Both the position numbers and the translations under genes were made by a program. Under the pieces are notes generated by a model. That model searched no databases, had not been told where the DNA came from, and saw nothing but the letters and a program-made list of their open reading frames with translations. From assembly GCF_004010195.1 (NCBI RefSeq), contig NC_057712.1, positions 78,478,529-78,542,528 of the forward strand: a DNA stretch of 64,000 nt, read 5' to 3'. Positions 36,845 to 49,734 of this stretch are shown in pieces. Position 1 is the stretch's first letter. Each line of letters starts with the position of its first letter. The DNA is from Chiloscyllium plagiosum. Taxonomy: Eukaryota.

Positions 36845-39800
36845 AATCCAAGATGGAGGGTGGGAAAATTTCTGGCTGTAACAGCTGCTCCTTTTTTGAG
36901 GTATTTTAGGTGCTGGAGGTGATTTCCTCGAATTCCAGGAGCAGCAATTACTGTTTTATATGCTGTTGCATTGCTTTGGAACTTTGGACAAAAAAAGTCA
37001 AAACAACAGCAGTTTTAAAAGGGAGAAGAACAGACAAAGGAAGCACATTGTGAGGTCAGTGCAGGAGAGAGAGAGAGAGAACCTGCTCAGTTACTGCCTT
37101 TGCTGTTTTGAATTCATGTATCGCTAGACATCGGACTGCGTCTGAGAAAATTAACGAACAGTGAAATTCACAACTAATCATGGAACCTGTTTGGATGAAG
37201 TTCACAGCACAGTATCAGATAAGTTAATCATTGTTTTAAGTGTGTCCAATAGAAAGGCTGCAGTAGTGAGTAGAGTGGGTTCTTTCTTGATTATATGTTT
37301 TTGGAGCTATGTCTCTTGATTAAACTTAAAATACAAGCCATAACTGTTAATTTAACCTAGGGCAGTGTTTTGTAGAGGAATAAGACGGTGTTATTTTCTG
37401 GGTCTGCAGATTGTGAAGGTGCAAAAATAGCCTTCAGTACAGTGATATGTACTTCTTGTCAGATGTGGGAGTTTAAAGAGAGTTTAAGGGTTACTGCGGA
37501 TTATATCTGCCATAAATGCCGTTGACTGCAAATCTTATCAGACCAAATGGATCAGTTTGAGAGACAGTTAGAAGCAATAAGGAATTTGCGACAGCAACAG
37601 TATGTGCGGGATGGCATTTGTAGGAAGGGGGGAAAGTCTCAGATATGGTCACATAGATGGGTTAGCTCCAGGAAAGGTAAGAGAGGTAGGCAGATAGTGC
37701 AGGAGTCTTTTGTGGATATACTCATTTCAAACAAGTATACTGTTTTGGAAAATGTAAGGGATGATGGATTCTCAGGGGAACAAAGCACAAACAGCCAAGT
37801 TTCTGGCATTGAGACTGGCTCTAATGCAACGAGGGGTACGCCGGGGTCCAAGAGATCAATTGTGTTAGGGGATTCTCTAGTCTGAGGTACAGACAGACAT
37901 TTCTGTGACCAGCAGCGAAAAAGCAGAATGGTGTGTTTCCCTCGTGCCAGGATCAAGGATGTCTCAGAGAGGGTGCAGAATGTTCTCAAGGGGGAGAGGG
38001 GCCAGCAGGAGGTCATTGTCCACATTGGAACCAACGACATAGGACGGGACAAGATTGAGATTCTGAAGGGAGATTACAAAGTGTTAGGCAGGAATTTAAA
38101 AAGGAGGTCCTCGAGCGTACTCATATTTGGATTACTCATGGTGCTTCAAGCGAGTGAGGGCAGGAATAGGAGGATAGAGCAGATGAATGCATGGCTGAGG
38201 AGCTGGTGTATGGGAGAAGGATTCACATTTTTGGATCATTGGAATTTCTTTTGGGGTAAAAGCGACCTGTACAAGAAGGATGGATTGCACCTAAATTGGA
38301 AGGGGACTAAAATACTGGCAGGGAGATTTGCAAGAGCTGCTTGGGAGGATTTAAACCAGTAAGGTGGGGGTTGGGGGTGGGGGTGGACCCAGGGAGATAG
38401 TGAGGAAAGAGATCAATCTAAGACTGGTACAGTTGAGAACAGAAGCGAGTCAAACAGTCAGGGCAGGCATGGACAAGGTAGGACTAATAAATTAAACTGC
38501 ATTTTTATTTCAATGCAAGGGGCCTGAAGGGAAAGGCAGATGAACTCAGGGCATGGTTAGGAACATGGGACTGGGATATCATAGCAATTACAGAAACATG
38601 GCTCAGCGATGAGCAGGACTGGCAGCTTAATGTTCCAGGATACAAATGCTATAGGAAGGATAGAAAGGAGGCAAGAGGGGAGGGGGAGTGGCATTTTTGA
38701 CAAAGGATTACATTGGAGCTGCGATGAGGGAGGATATTCCCAGAAATACATCCAGGGAAGTTATTTGGGTGGAACTGAGAAATAAGAAAGGGATTGTATT
38801 ATAGACCCCTTAATAGTCAGAGGGAAATTGAGAAACAAACTTGTAAGGAGAGCTCAGCTATCTGTAGGAATAATAGGGTGGTTATGGTAGGGGATTTTAA
38901 CTTTACAAACATAGACTGGGACTGCCATAGTGTTAAAGGTTTAGATGGAGAAGAATTTAAGTGCGTGGAAGACAATTTTCTGATTCAATATGTGGATGTA
39001 CCTACTAGAGAAGGTGCAAAACTTGACCTACTCTTGGGAAATAAGGCAAGGCAGGTGACTGAGGTGTCAGTGGGGGAGTACTTTGGGGCCAGCAACCATA
39101 ATTCTATTAGATTTAAAATAGTGATGGAAAAGGATAGAGAAGATCTAAAAGTTGAAGTTCTAAATTGGAGAAAGGCCAATTTTGACGGTATTAGGCAAGA
39201 ACTTTCAAAAACTGATTGGGGGCAGATGTTCGCGGGTAAGGGGATGGTTGGAAAATGGGAAGCCTTCAGAAATGAGATAACAAGAATCCAGAGATAGTAT
39301 ATTCCTGTTAGGGTGAAAGGAAAAGCTGGTAGGTATAGGGAATGCTGGATAACTAAAGAAATTGAGGGTTTGGTTAAGAAAAAGAAGGAAGCATATGTAA
39401 GGTATAGACCGGATCAAGTGAATCCTTAGAAGAGTATAAAGGAAGTAGGAGTATACTTGTGGGAAATTAGGAGGGTAAAAAGGGGACATGAGATAGCTTT
39501 GGCAAATAAAATTATGGAGAATCAAAAGAGTTTTTACAAAAGCATTAAGGACAAAAGGGTAACTATGGAGAGAATAGGGCCCCTCAAAGATCAGCAAGGC
39601 GGCCTTTGTGAGCCGCAGGAAATGAGGGAGATACTATTTTGTATCAGTACTTTGGAAAAGTATGTGGAAGATATAGACTGTAGGGAAATAGATGGTGACA
39701 TCTTGCAAAATGTCCATATTACAGAGGAGGAAGTGCTGGATGTTTTGAAACTGGTAAAGGTGGATAAATCCCCAGGACCTGATCAGGTGTACCCGAGAAC

Positions 39801-40858
39801 TCTGTTGGAAGCTAGAGAAGTGATTGCTGGGCCTCTTGCTGAGATATTTGTATCATCGATAGTCACAGGTGAAGTGCCGGAAGACTGGAGGTTGGCAAAC
39901 GTGGTGTCACTGTTTACAAAGAGGATTGATGAGGGCAGAGTGGTAGATGTGATCTCTATGGACTTCAGTAAGGTGTTCGACTCGGTTCCCCATGGGAGAC
40001 TGATTAGCAAGGTTAGATCTCACGGAATACAGGGATATCTAGCCATTTGGATGCAGAACTGGTTCCAAAGTAGAAGACAGGGTGGAGTTGGAGGGCAGTT
40101 TTTCAGACTGGAGGCATGTGACCAGTGGAGTGCCACAAGGATTGATGCTGGGTCCTCTACTTTTTGTCATTTACATAAATGATTTGGATGCGAGCATAAG
40201 AGGTACAGTTAGTAAGTTTGCAGATGACACCAAAAATAGTGGTGTAGTGGACAGCGAAGAGGGTTACCTCAGATTACAGGAGGATCTTGACCAGATGGGC
40301 CAATGGACTGAGAAGTGGCAGATGGAGTTTAATTCAGATAAATGCGAGGTGCTGCATTTTGGGAAAGCAAATCTTAGCAGGACGTATACACTTAATGGTA
40401 AGGTCCTAGGGAGTGTTGCTGAATAAAGAGACCTTGGAGTGCAGGTTCATAGCTCCTTGAAAGTGGAGTCGCAGATGGATAGGATAGTGAAGAAGGCATT
40501 TGGTATACTCTCCTTCATTGGTCAGGATAGGGTAAATAGGCAAAGTCTTTTCCTTGTGGTTGGGGAGTCCAGAACTAGGTTTAGGGTGAGAGGGGAAAGA
40601 TATAAAGGAGACCTAAGGGGCAACTTTTACACACACAGGATGGTATGGGTATGGAATGAACTGCCAGAGGAAGTGATGGAGGCTGGTACAATTGCAACAT
40701 TTAAGAGGCATTTGGATGGGTATATGAATAGGAAGGTTTGGAGGGAGATGGGCCGGGTGCTGGAATGTGGGACGAGATTGGGTTGGGATATCTGGTCGGC
40801 GTGGGCAAGTTGGACCGAAGGGTCTGTTTTCATGCTGTACATCTCTATGACTCTATGA
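36845..40858 (+). mobile_element. Near full-length CR1 LINE (5'UTR, ORF1 Zn-finger + SGNH esterase, ORF2 APE + RT), inactivated
   Basis: ORF1 has CTSC..CHKC, IVLGDSLV, VHIGTND and DGLHLN. ORF2 has IAITETW, MVGDFN, LDLLL, SGVPQG and SKFADDT. Tail ctctatgactctatga. Stops, frameshifts and internal deletions present. Confidence 0.95.
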
Positions 40859-42324
40859 CAGATTGAGCAGCATTAGCCATCAAAAGCACATTGGTGTCTT
40901 TGTTCATGAGGCTCTAGAAGTTAGCTTTAGGTTCAGCAGACAATTAAGAAGGCAAATAATATGTTGATCTTCATTACAAAAGGATGGGAGTACAGAAGTT
41001 AAGATGTTGCTGTTGTACAAAGTGTTGGTGTATTGTGTGCGTATTAATCTCTTTATATATGAATGATATGTTTGCCATAGCAAGAGTGCATTGGAGATGC
41101 TCCAGATAAATCCTGGATTGGTAGGATTAATTTATAAACAGAGAATAAGGAGCCTGGATTTATTTTGCCTAGAGCTTTGAAGAAGGGTAACATAACTGGA
41201 ACTTATAAAGTTTATGACTAAAGGGCCAGTTTTTCTATCATTGCTTTTTGATATTTTGGGATTAAAATTATGCATTTCCCTGGATGAACTACTAGAAAAC
41301 TGTGGAAAAAAAGGTTGAGTTTGTAAAATTTGTAGTTATTACGGTCTTCTTTTCCCACAAGCAAGATGGATTTCACTTTTGTTAAGTATTCTCTTCCTAG
41401 ATATTAACCACAAGATGTTAAGAATGCAGATTTACTAAACTCTTACCGATTGAATATTGTGGCTGTAAATATTTCCATCCATTGACCTGTCCAAATTTCC
41501 CTCCATGCAAGATGTACATAATAAAACCAATTGGTGAACATGTAATAATTGGAAAAAAAAACTACACAAGTGTTTCCAAATATCAAATGTAATAACATAA
41601 ATCTGTTAGTGTATAAAATATCTTGGTATTTTGGTCATTTCCTGAAGCTGCTTGCAGGGTTTGGGTGCCAAAGACAATTTGCAAAATAATGTAAAGACCT
41701 GATGACATGGCCTTGCAGAATATTAGTCACTAGTGCCAGACGTAGTGTGAAATCTGTTGTTATGTGAGCAATCATTTTCTTCCACAGATGTTTAAGATAC
41801 TGGCCAATTAATTTAGTACTTTTAACATAGTAAGAGTATTTTAAATAAAGAAATGACATTAAACTGTAGCTCGAGGAAAAAGTGTTGTCCAAAGCAGTCG
41901 ATCTTCTCTTTGACGAACACACTACATCCACCTGAATTTGGATTATTCAAAGCTTCATAACTCACATCGCCTTCAAGTTGAGCTTGAATCTACGATCTAG
42001 TGATTCAGGCAAGAGCGTTTCAACTAACCTGCACTGACATGTAGGTGCTTTCATCTGTCTCTAATTTTTATAAAGTCTTCCTAAGTCATAAGTAACATTT
42101 TACTCTCCTCTTTGTTTTATTGTTCTAACGGGGTTATGGACCCATTTAACATGGAAAGAACTGGTCAACTTTCTCATGAAGCGAAAATTTAAAAAATACA
42201 AACTATCATCCTTGTTGACATTGTGTCACAAACAAGTAAGGAGAATACGATACAAATACAGAATTGGAACAATCATGTGAAAGAATATAGGAACAATGTT
42301 TCAAATTGATATGCAGTGTTTGCC

Positions 42325-42550
42325 ATTGCTTAGTTGATAGCGCACTCACCTCTAAATCAATAATTGTATGTTCAACTCAAACTTCATCACAAAAATTTAG
42401 GCTGGTGTTCCACTGTGTGCTGTACTGTTGGAGTGGCCTTCTTTCAGGTAAGACAATGGACCTCGAAGATCCCATGCATTGTTTTGGAAAAGAGCAAGGC
42501 AGCTATCCCCACTGGCTTGACCAATTATTATTCCTCAACCAGTCTCACAA
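42325..42550 (+). mobile_element. Ancient DeuSINE-like (SacSINE1/AmnSINE Deu-domain) remnant
   Basis: gaagatcccatgcattgttttggaaaagagcaagg...tatcccc...ccaattattattcctcaacc resembles the Deu-domain consensus as I recall it. Confidence 0.5.
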
Positions 42551-43890
42551 AAGGAATAGCATCTCGCTGAAACTTTTTGCTTTTGAAAAATCAGTGCAGG
42601 AAGGTAGTTGTTGAGCTTGTCTGGTATGCTACATTGCCATGAATACATGATGGCCTAAACGTGTCAGGCTTATTTTTTAGTTTCATTCACTCTTACAAAT
42701 GGTATAGCAGCAGAAGCTCTTTGCATGAAATGGGCTGCAATGTGATCACAAAAGTTCACTTTGATTAAAAGCTGTTTTCTTACTTTTTAGTTTTAGTTGA
42801 AGTCATTTTCCTTAATTTTAGAAGCAATTTGTTTAAATATGAAACTAGTGAGTAATGAGAGGAACTCTGGATCATCAAAATTAACATTACGTGTAACAAT
42901 ATAGTAGAAATAGGATAGCTAACTTTTAATGGTCTGACTTTTTTTCCCTCCTGTCTGGCTGATCAGTATCACTTCTGACAGAACCCAGACTGTAGCCTCA
43001 AAAAAGCATCTCAGTACAAGTTATCCTAAGGGCAACATTTGAGATAATTTTCAAAAACTTGTAACATCTGTGGCTCTGTGTCAGTGATATTATATAATTA
43101 CCTGTAATAGAGTTTATATTTTGTATTTTTTTAATCGATAACTAAGGGAACCAACAAAATGTAAGCAGAAGCAAACTTGTCCACCTGTCAAGCCTGCTCC
43201 ATATTCAGTTAGATCATGAATAAATTGCTTGTGTTTTGAATTCCATGTCCCTACCTAATATATTGAGCTGTTGATTGTCCCACCAAAAAAAATCCATCTA
43301 CCTCAGTTATAAAAATATTCTATTTCCCTCACCCCTGCCATCTTCTCAGGCAGACTTTCAAAGTCATTCAAACCCATCCTTCCCAATCTCCGTCCTGAAA
43401 CTGTGACCCCAACATTAAATAGACTGCCTCCTAATTCTGGGCTGACAGACAAAACATGCTTTCTACATGCATCCTGTCAAGACCATTCAAGATTTTACAC
43501 ACTTCAATGCTGCCAGCCAAACCAAGCTGTTGTGGAAGCAAACCCAGCCTGACCAATCTATCCTGTTAGGACAACACACTACTTATTCTAGGTGTTACCT
43601 CAGTAAACCTCCTATGAATCGCCTCAAATGCATTTTCATAGTGAGACCAAAACGACAGCAGGATGGAGGATAGACTCTTCTCTGCTTCATGGTTCAAGTT
43701 TCTCAAAATCTCAATATCTACAACTAAGTTACCCCATATGATCTTATGTCTTTTTTAATTTGTCCTTAGTCTATTTCCTTTAAAAAGAGAAGGAAAATAA
43801 ACTGTTGTTCTGTCACTTTGTCATTGAGTGATGGTTTCTTGCATGCTGTGAGGATTGTTGGAGTCATTTAAATTTTGGGAGACAAATTTT

Positions 43891-44200
43891 GGGTGGCACG
43901 GTGGCTCAGTGGTTAGCACTGCTGCCTCACAGCACTAGGGACCCGGGTTCGATTCCAGCCTTGGGCAACTGTCAGTGTGTAGTTTGCAAGGATTTCCTCT
44001 GGGTGCTCTGGTTTCCTCCCACAATCCAAGGATGTGCAGGTTAGGTGAATTAGCCATGCTAAATTGCCCATAATGTTCAGGGATGTGTGTGTTAGGTGCA
44101 TTAGTCAGGGGTAAATGTAGAGTAATGGGGAATGGGTTTGGGTGGGATACTCTTCAGAGCGTCAATGTGGACTTTGGTTGTGATTTTGATGATTCTATGA
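43891..44200 (+). mobile_element. HE1-type SINE
   Basis: gggtggcacggtggctcagtggttagcactgctgcctcacagc...gggttcgattcc (A and B boxes). Confidence 0.9.
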
Positions 44201-44569
44201 ACTTAACATTGTACGTTTTCCTCTTCAGAAGAGTATAGTCCTGTATAATGGAATACTATTTCCAAAGGTTGAAACATCGCTGCCATAACTAGCATGCATC
44301 ATGACTAAAATGGAAACACTTATGGCAGTTATAAAGTGCCAAAAATTTTAAAGAGTTCTGCGCATTTAATAACAGTTGGGTCGTGGCAAATCTATTGAGA
44401 CCCTATTATATCAAGTTTTGATTGGGAAGCATTCAGATTTCCAAGAGTAGGCATTTTGTTACTTTGAAAATATTATGAAAATGCTAGATGATGTAATTTT
44501 CAATACTGATTCATCACTCACCGAATGACCTAACTTTCCACTGGTTTTCTTTTTAGAAAATGCGATAAA

Positions 44570-45240
44570 TCACAGAATTGTTATGGTCCAGAAGGAGACC
44601 ATTCAGTCAATTGTGCTTCTTCAAACAAGCATCATTACTGAATGTCAATCTTCTGCTTTTCTCCCCCATATCCTTGTACACTACTTCTATCTAAATAATC
44701 ATCCAATGTCCTTTGAATGCCTCAATTGAAACTGCCTCCACACTTCCAAGCAGTGCATTCCATTACCATGACTACATGCTGAGTGAGTTTTTCCTCTCAT
44801 CATTCTTCCTTTGTACGAGTTTAAATCTATGACCCCTTGTACGTTTTATAAGTGGGAACAACTTTTTCATATCTGCTCTTTCCAGCCTGCTTATGAGTTT
44901 GCAAGCCTTTAATCAGTTATCTTTTCAGTGTTCTTCTCTACAAGGAGAACCATCCTGACTTCTTTAATCTACCCTCATAACTGAAGTTTCTCATTGCCAA
45001 AACAATTCATGTAAGTTGTTTCTGCACTTTGTCCAATGCATTTCACATCTTTTCTATAACATGGCATCCATAACTGTATATACAATACTCCAACTGAGGT
45101 CGAACAAGTGACTTATACAAGTTCAACACCACCTCACTGTTCCTGCACTATATGCCCCTATTAATAAAGCCAACTATACTTTATGCTTTGTTAATTGATC
45201 CCTCCACTTGTCCTGCCACTATCAATTACCTGTGCATATA
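44570..45240 (-). mobile_element. Degraded CR1 LINE 3' end
   Basis: Minus strand has remnants of NLYKSLVRPQLEYC and FSYEGRLK..GWFSL. Confidence 0.8.
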
Positions 45241-45336
45241 ACTGTGCTACATTTACATAGTTCAAAGTTTGTGAGAAGATTTGTAGCTCGGGTGCTCGTT
45301 GCTGTGGTTCTGTTCGCCGAGCTGGAAGTTTTTGTT

Positions 45337-45376
45337 GCAAACATTTCGTCCCCTGTCTAGGTGACATCCTCAGTGC
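45337..45376 (-). ncRNA. Minimal hammerhead ribozyme motif in PLE terminal repeat
   Basis: GCA-CUGAGGA-U-GUCACCU AGAC AGGGGAC-GAAA-U-GUU-UGC. Helix I is GCA/UGC. Confidence 0.62.
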
Positions 45377-45573
45377 TTGGGAGCCTCCTGTGAAGCGCTT
45401 CTGTGGTGTTCCCTCCGGCATTTATAGTGGCCTGTCCCTGCCGCTTCCGGTTGTCAGTTTCAGCTGTCCGCTGTAGTGCCCGGTATATTGGGTCCAGGTC
45501 TATGTGTTTGTTGATGGAGCTTGTGGACTAGCCACACTACCATACATCAAGAACATCTCTGAAATGACAGCCA

Positions 45574-45677
45574 NNNNNNNNNNNNNNNNNNNNNNNNNNN
45601 NNNNNNNNNNNNNNNNNNNNNNNNNNNNNNNNNNNNNNNNNNNNNNNNNNNNNNNNNNNNNNNNNNNNNNNNNNNNN
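45574..45677. other. Assembly gap (N run)
   Basis: Run of N. Confidence 1.
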
Positions 45678-46877
45678 TCGTTCTGTTGTCTTTCTCTTAG
45701 GCATCTGTTGATGAAATTGCGAGGATATCCGTTTTTTGCGAATACCTTGTATAGGTGTTCCTCTTCCTCTTTTTGCAGTTCTGGTGTACTGCAGTGTGTT
45801 GTGGCCCTTTTGAATAGTGTCTTGATTTACATAGTTTATCTGAATGCTTCTGTATTTATTCAAACCATGAAGCTGAAACTTAAATTTAAATGTTTTACAT
45901 CCATGTCTTTTTAAACAAAACTCCACAAATAATTGCTGTTGAAATATAGGTTTCTTCTTGATTTATCCTGTTATTAGAATGATTAAATAAATGTACTCAG
46001 CCTTTTACATAGAACTAAGAAAAGGCACTAATTTCCACATGAATAAATCAGCTTCATGATTATTGTGAGAAGATGCTAATTCTGTTCTCATAAATTGAAT
46101 GATTATTGCTAACTGCAGGCTATTTTTTCCAACTGCACAAGATTTGCTCTTTAGCATTGTTCGAAGCTGTTACACTAACAACACTACCTTCAGTGAACTG
46201 ATCATTGATTTTAAAACTTTTATTTAAACAAAGCATAGAAAGTACTGTTGAAAAGAACTGGCTGAGACTGATTACAACACTATGAATAGCTGGTAGATTT
46301 TGACCTTGATGTTATGGTTTTGCTTTAAAATCCACCTCTCTCATAGTATTTTTACATTGAACATTCTAATGTATCATCTATTAACAAAATGTTAATTATT
46401 TGCTGAGGAAAAGAAATTTCTTCTTGGTTTACTGTAGTACAATACTAGATACTTTATATAAAAAGCCTTGATGTCCAAAGGCCCAGTGTGAATGTGTTGA
46501 ATCAATGCTCTGTTAGTTTACAACTTTTTTTTTCTTGCTTTCCATTCCAATTTTAGCTTTTTTTTTGAATGCTGAATATATGTTCAATATGTACAAGCGG
46601 TCAGAAGTGAAAAGTAAGCATTCATAAACCACACAAGGTCTTTGGCCCTTAGTGCTTTCCTGTGGTTTAACTCAAAGGCCTTTTGTTGCTCTGAAAGTGT
46701 TGACCCAAGCAGTGAATAATTTTAGCTTATTGTTAAGAATCTCCAGAATAAATACTGTTCAAATTTATGCCATACTCAGCACAGATTTTTGAATGATATG
46801 CTATGTTATTTTTATTAGTCTGGATTATGTTGAAACCTTTTGTGAACCATTATCGTTACACAAATAATATAATTAGA

Positions 46878-47072
46878 AAAATAAAAATTGCTGGAAAAGC
46901 TCAGCAGCTCTTGTAGCATCTGCGCAGACAAATCAGAGTTCACCGTTTTGCGTCAAGTGACCCATCCTCAGAACACTTTCAAACCACAGATGCTGCCAGA
47001 CCTGCTGAGCTTTTCCAGAAATTTCTATTTTTGTTTTTGATTTGTAGTATCCTCAGTTCTTTTGGTTTTCAT
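46878..47072. mobile_element. Decayed palindromic Penelope-derived element
   Basis: aaattgctggaaaagctcagcag pairs with ctgctgagcttttccagaaattt. Minus strand has a decayed hammerhead CTGAGGA-TGGGTCACTTGACGC-AAAAC. Confidence 0.65.
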
Positions 47073-48439
47073 AAAACAAGGTTTTTGTTTATTGATTTTT
47101 GTTTGGTTTATGGGATGTGGGTGTCGCTGGCTAGATCAGTATGTATTGCTCTGCGCGGTCACTCATTTAAATGTGCAGCCAAATTTCAAGGTGGCCATGT
47201 AACTTAGAAGGACATTGTTCCTAACAAAATGAAAATTGAGGAATGTAGCTCCAAACTCCAAAAGTTCATGTTGAAGTCACTTGACGTTGCACTGTTTGCA
47301 GTGCAGCTACAATGTGTTGTGAAATTGTGATTAAGATTTCCCCAGAACCAACTAGACCTTGGTTTTGTCTGTACTGATGCTAGATCAAAACAGATGCCAC
47401 TACGGGCTCTTTTGTAACATGGAAGAACAACAACCATTGTGCCATACATGGGTAGAGCTCATTTTTCTGGCAGAGTGTAGGATACAACTAGGTGCAGCTG
47501 GCATTACGTGTGCTGACTTGCAATTGAATGAAGTTAAAAATGCCTACAGCCAGGCACAGGTTGAAAGCAAACAAGGATGCTTGTTCCCCAGCTATGACTT
47601 TATAGAGCCATGCCATAAACAGGCTGGACTCACTCTTTCAGCTAGGTCTAATAGTTTTGCAGCAATGCATGGAATCTGCTGATCTGGAGTAAAAGTTTTG
47701 AAGTAAATGTCATCTTTGCTTGAGGGTAGAATGAACTTTCCCCCATGGTTATGTAGTAGTCTGTTTATTACATGTGAATGCTGCAGTGTGAGAGATTCTT
47801 GAGGTGGGAATCAGCAAGAAATTGATGCAACAACCATTATCTGTCAGAGTGGAAATCTGGGCCCTACATTTAATGGGTACCCGGACAGACATTCATTGTT
47901 TCTCTGCAAACCAAGCGCACCTTGTATTGTAGCCACATCTTGTAGTCCTCGCAGCCCTATTGTCTTACTATTCAGAATATTTCAGAGAAGAGGCCCTGTA
48001 TTTCAATGATAGCTTGCTGCCGGTTCTCCTCCAGCCTAGCCGGGAAAGACAGGGCGTTAGTCTCTCAGGGACAGCAACAGAAGATCCCTCCCATCTGATC
48101 AAAGTGACTTGGATGGAGGGTTAGCATCAGTATTACTGAGAGAATATCCTTGTTGCAGTGCAGGAAGAGAATGCACCATTTGCTGCATGTCACAAGAATA
48201 ATTGGTACTTGGTGTCACTCGGTCTCACTGTGCAAGATTGTGCGTGGAACATTGACTAGTTTGGGCATGGGAGGATTACAGACCCTTTGACGTAACATCC
48301 AGTTCTTCTGTTTGTCTGCAGGAGAAATGAACTCTGTCTATTCAAAGGAGATGCAACTGGGGCAAACATAAAAATTGGTCGAGAAACTCAGCAGGTCTGG
48401 CAGCATCTGTGGAGAGGGAAACATGGTTTACAATGCAAG

Positions 48440-48665
48440 TTCTGGACTCCCCCACCCCTGGAAAAAGGCCTTGTCTATTTACCCTATCCATGCCCCTCAT
48501 GCTTTTATAAACCTCTATAAAATCACCCCTCAGCCTCTGACGATCAATGAAAACAGCCCCAGCCTATTCAACCTCTCCCTATAGCTCAAACTCTCAAACC
48601 CTCGCAACCTCCTTGTAGATCTTTTCTGATCCCTTTCAAGTTTCACAATATCCTTCCAATAGGAG
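48440..48665 (-). mobile_element. CR1 LINE 3' fragment
   Basis: Near-identical to 3200-3355 (LSYRERLNRLGLFSL). Confidence 0.85.
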
Positions 48666-48893
48666 GCTGTACATATTTGAGTGAAGGTTGGTGGTATTTC
48701 CCCCTGTTATGAGTACTGCCCCTGGCTCTGGCACACAAACACATGGTTTCACCTATGAGGGTTTGGTCCAGAAAAGTACTCAGTGGCTGCTTGCACTCAA
48801 ACCTACACTCCATTGCACTGGGTATAGTGCAGTGCAGTAATGGCTGGGTAAGGGCACTAGGACCTCTCTCTCCAAGTGCTCTTCTTTACAAAG

Positions 48894-49520
48894 AGGAGAA
48901 AGTGAGGACTGCAGATGCTGGAGAGTCAGAGTCAAAATGTGTGGTGCTGGAAAAGCACTGCAGGTCAGGCAGCATCTGAGGAGCAGGAGAGTCAATGTTT
49001 CGGGCATGAACCCTTAATCAAGAATGTAGTTGGGGGAGAGGGCTGAGGGATAAATCTGTGGGTGGGGCTGGGAAGGCGATAGGCAGATACAGGTGGAGAG
49101 TGAATGTGATAGGTCAGTTGGGAGGGTGGAGCAAATAGGTAGAGGAAGATGAACAGGTAGAGCAGTTCAAGAGAATGGTGCCGAGTTGGAGGATTGGATC
49201 TGAAATAAGGGTGAGGGAAGGGACATTTAGAAACTAATTAAGTCGATGTTGATACTATGTGAGTGAAGGATCCCAAGTCAGAAGTTGAGGCGTTCTTCCT
49301 GCAGTTGTCAGATGGCTTGGATTTGGCGATGGAGGAAGCCCAGGACTTGCGTGTCCTTGGGGGAATGGGAGGGGGAGTTGAAGTGATCAGCCACAGGGCA
49401 GTGGGGTTGTTTCGTGTATGTGATCCAGAGATGATCTCTAAAATGCTCCGCGAGTTGGTGTCCTGTCCCCCTGATGTTGGTGTCCTGTCCCCCACATCGA
49501 GAGCAACATCTACTTTGTGA
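48894..49520 (-). mobile_element. Penelope-like (Neptune-type) 3' end: GIY-YIG C-terminus + terminal repeat with decayed hammerhead
   Basis: Minus ORF reads CSRCG...GTGHQLAEHFRDHL...PVADHFNSPSHS..QVLG, followed by the same terminal sequence found in the palindromic elements (4883, 32308, 59048). Confidence 0.85.
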
Positions 49521-49734
49521 CACTTCACAAAGAGTCAAGCCAGTGCCATGGAGCTCCATAAAGAAGAGGAGCATCAGCCAGACATTCCAGGGAACTTGAA
49601 GAGTGCCCTGCCTCTCCTCCACTTCAGTACCAGTGACCTTAGGCTCCAGCTGCCCCAGTGTTGGAAACTGATCCCAGGCCGGAGCACTCAGGCCTCAGAC
49701 TATCAGAGGATGGCCAGCAAAGGACATCTCAAGC

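Larger units (their letters stand above)
35770..41220 (+). mobile_element. Old degraded CR1 ORF2 hosting nested insertions
   Basis: RT remnants at 35770-36840 (DKSSESD, VDWKVANV, VDAVFLDIRKAFVKVPH, IADDTKL) resume after 40858. Confidence 0.75.
45263..45824 (-). mobile_element. Penelope-like element with 12-bp TSD, same termini as 5369-6265, spanning an assembly gap
   Basis: TSD atttacatagtt at 45251-45262 and 45825-45836. Minus strand starts caagacactattcaaaagggcc and ends tcttctcacaaactttg. Confidence 0.88.
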
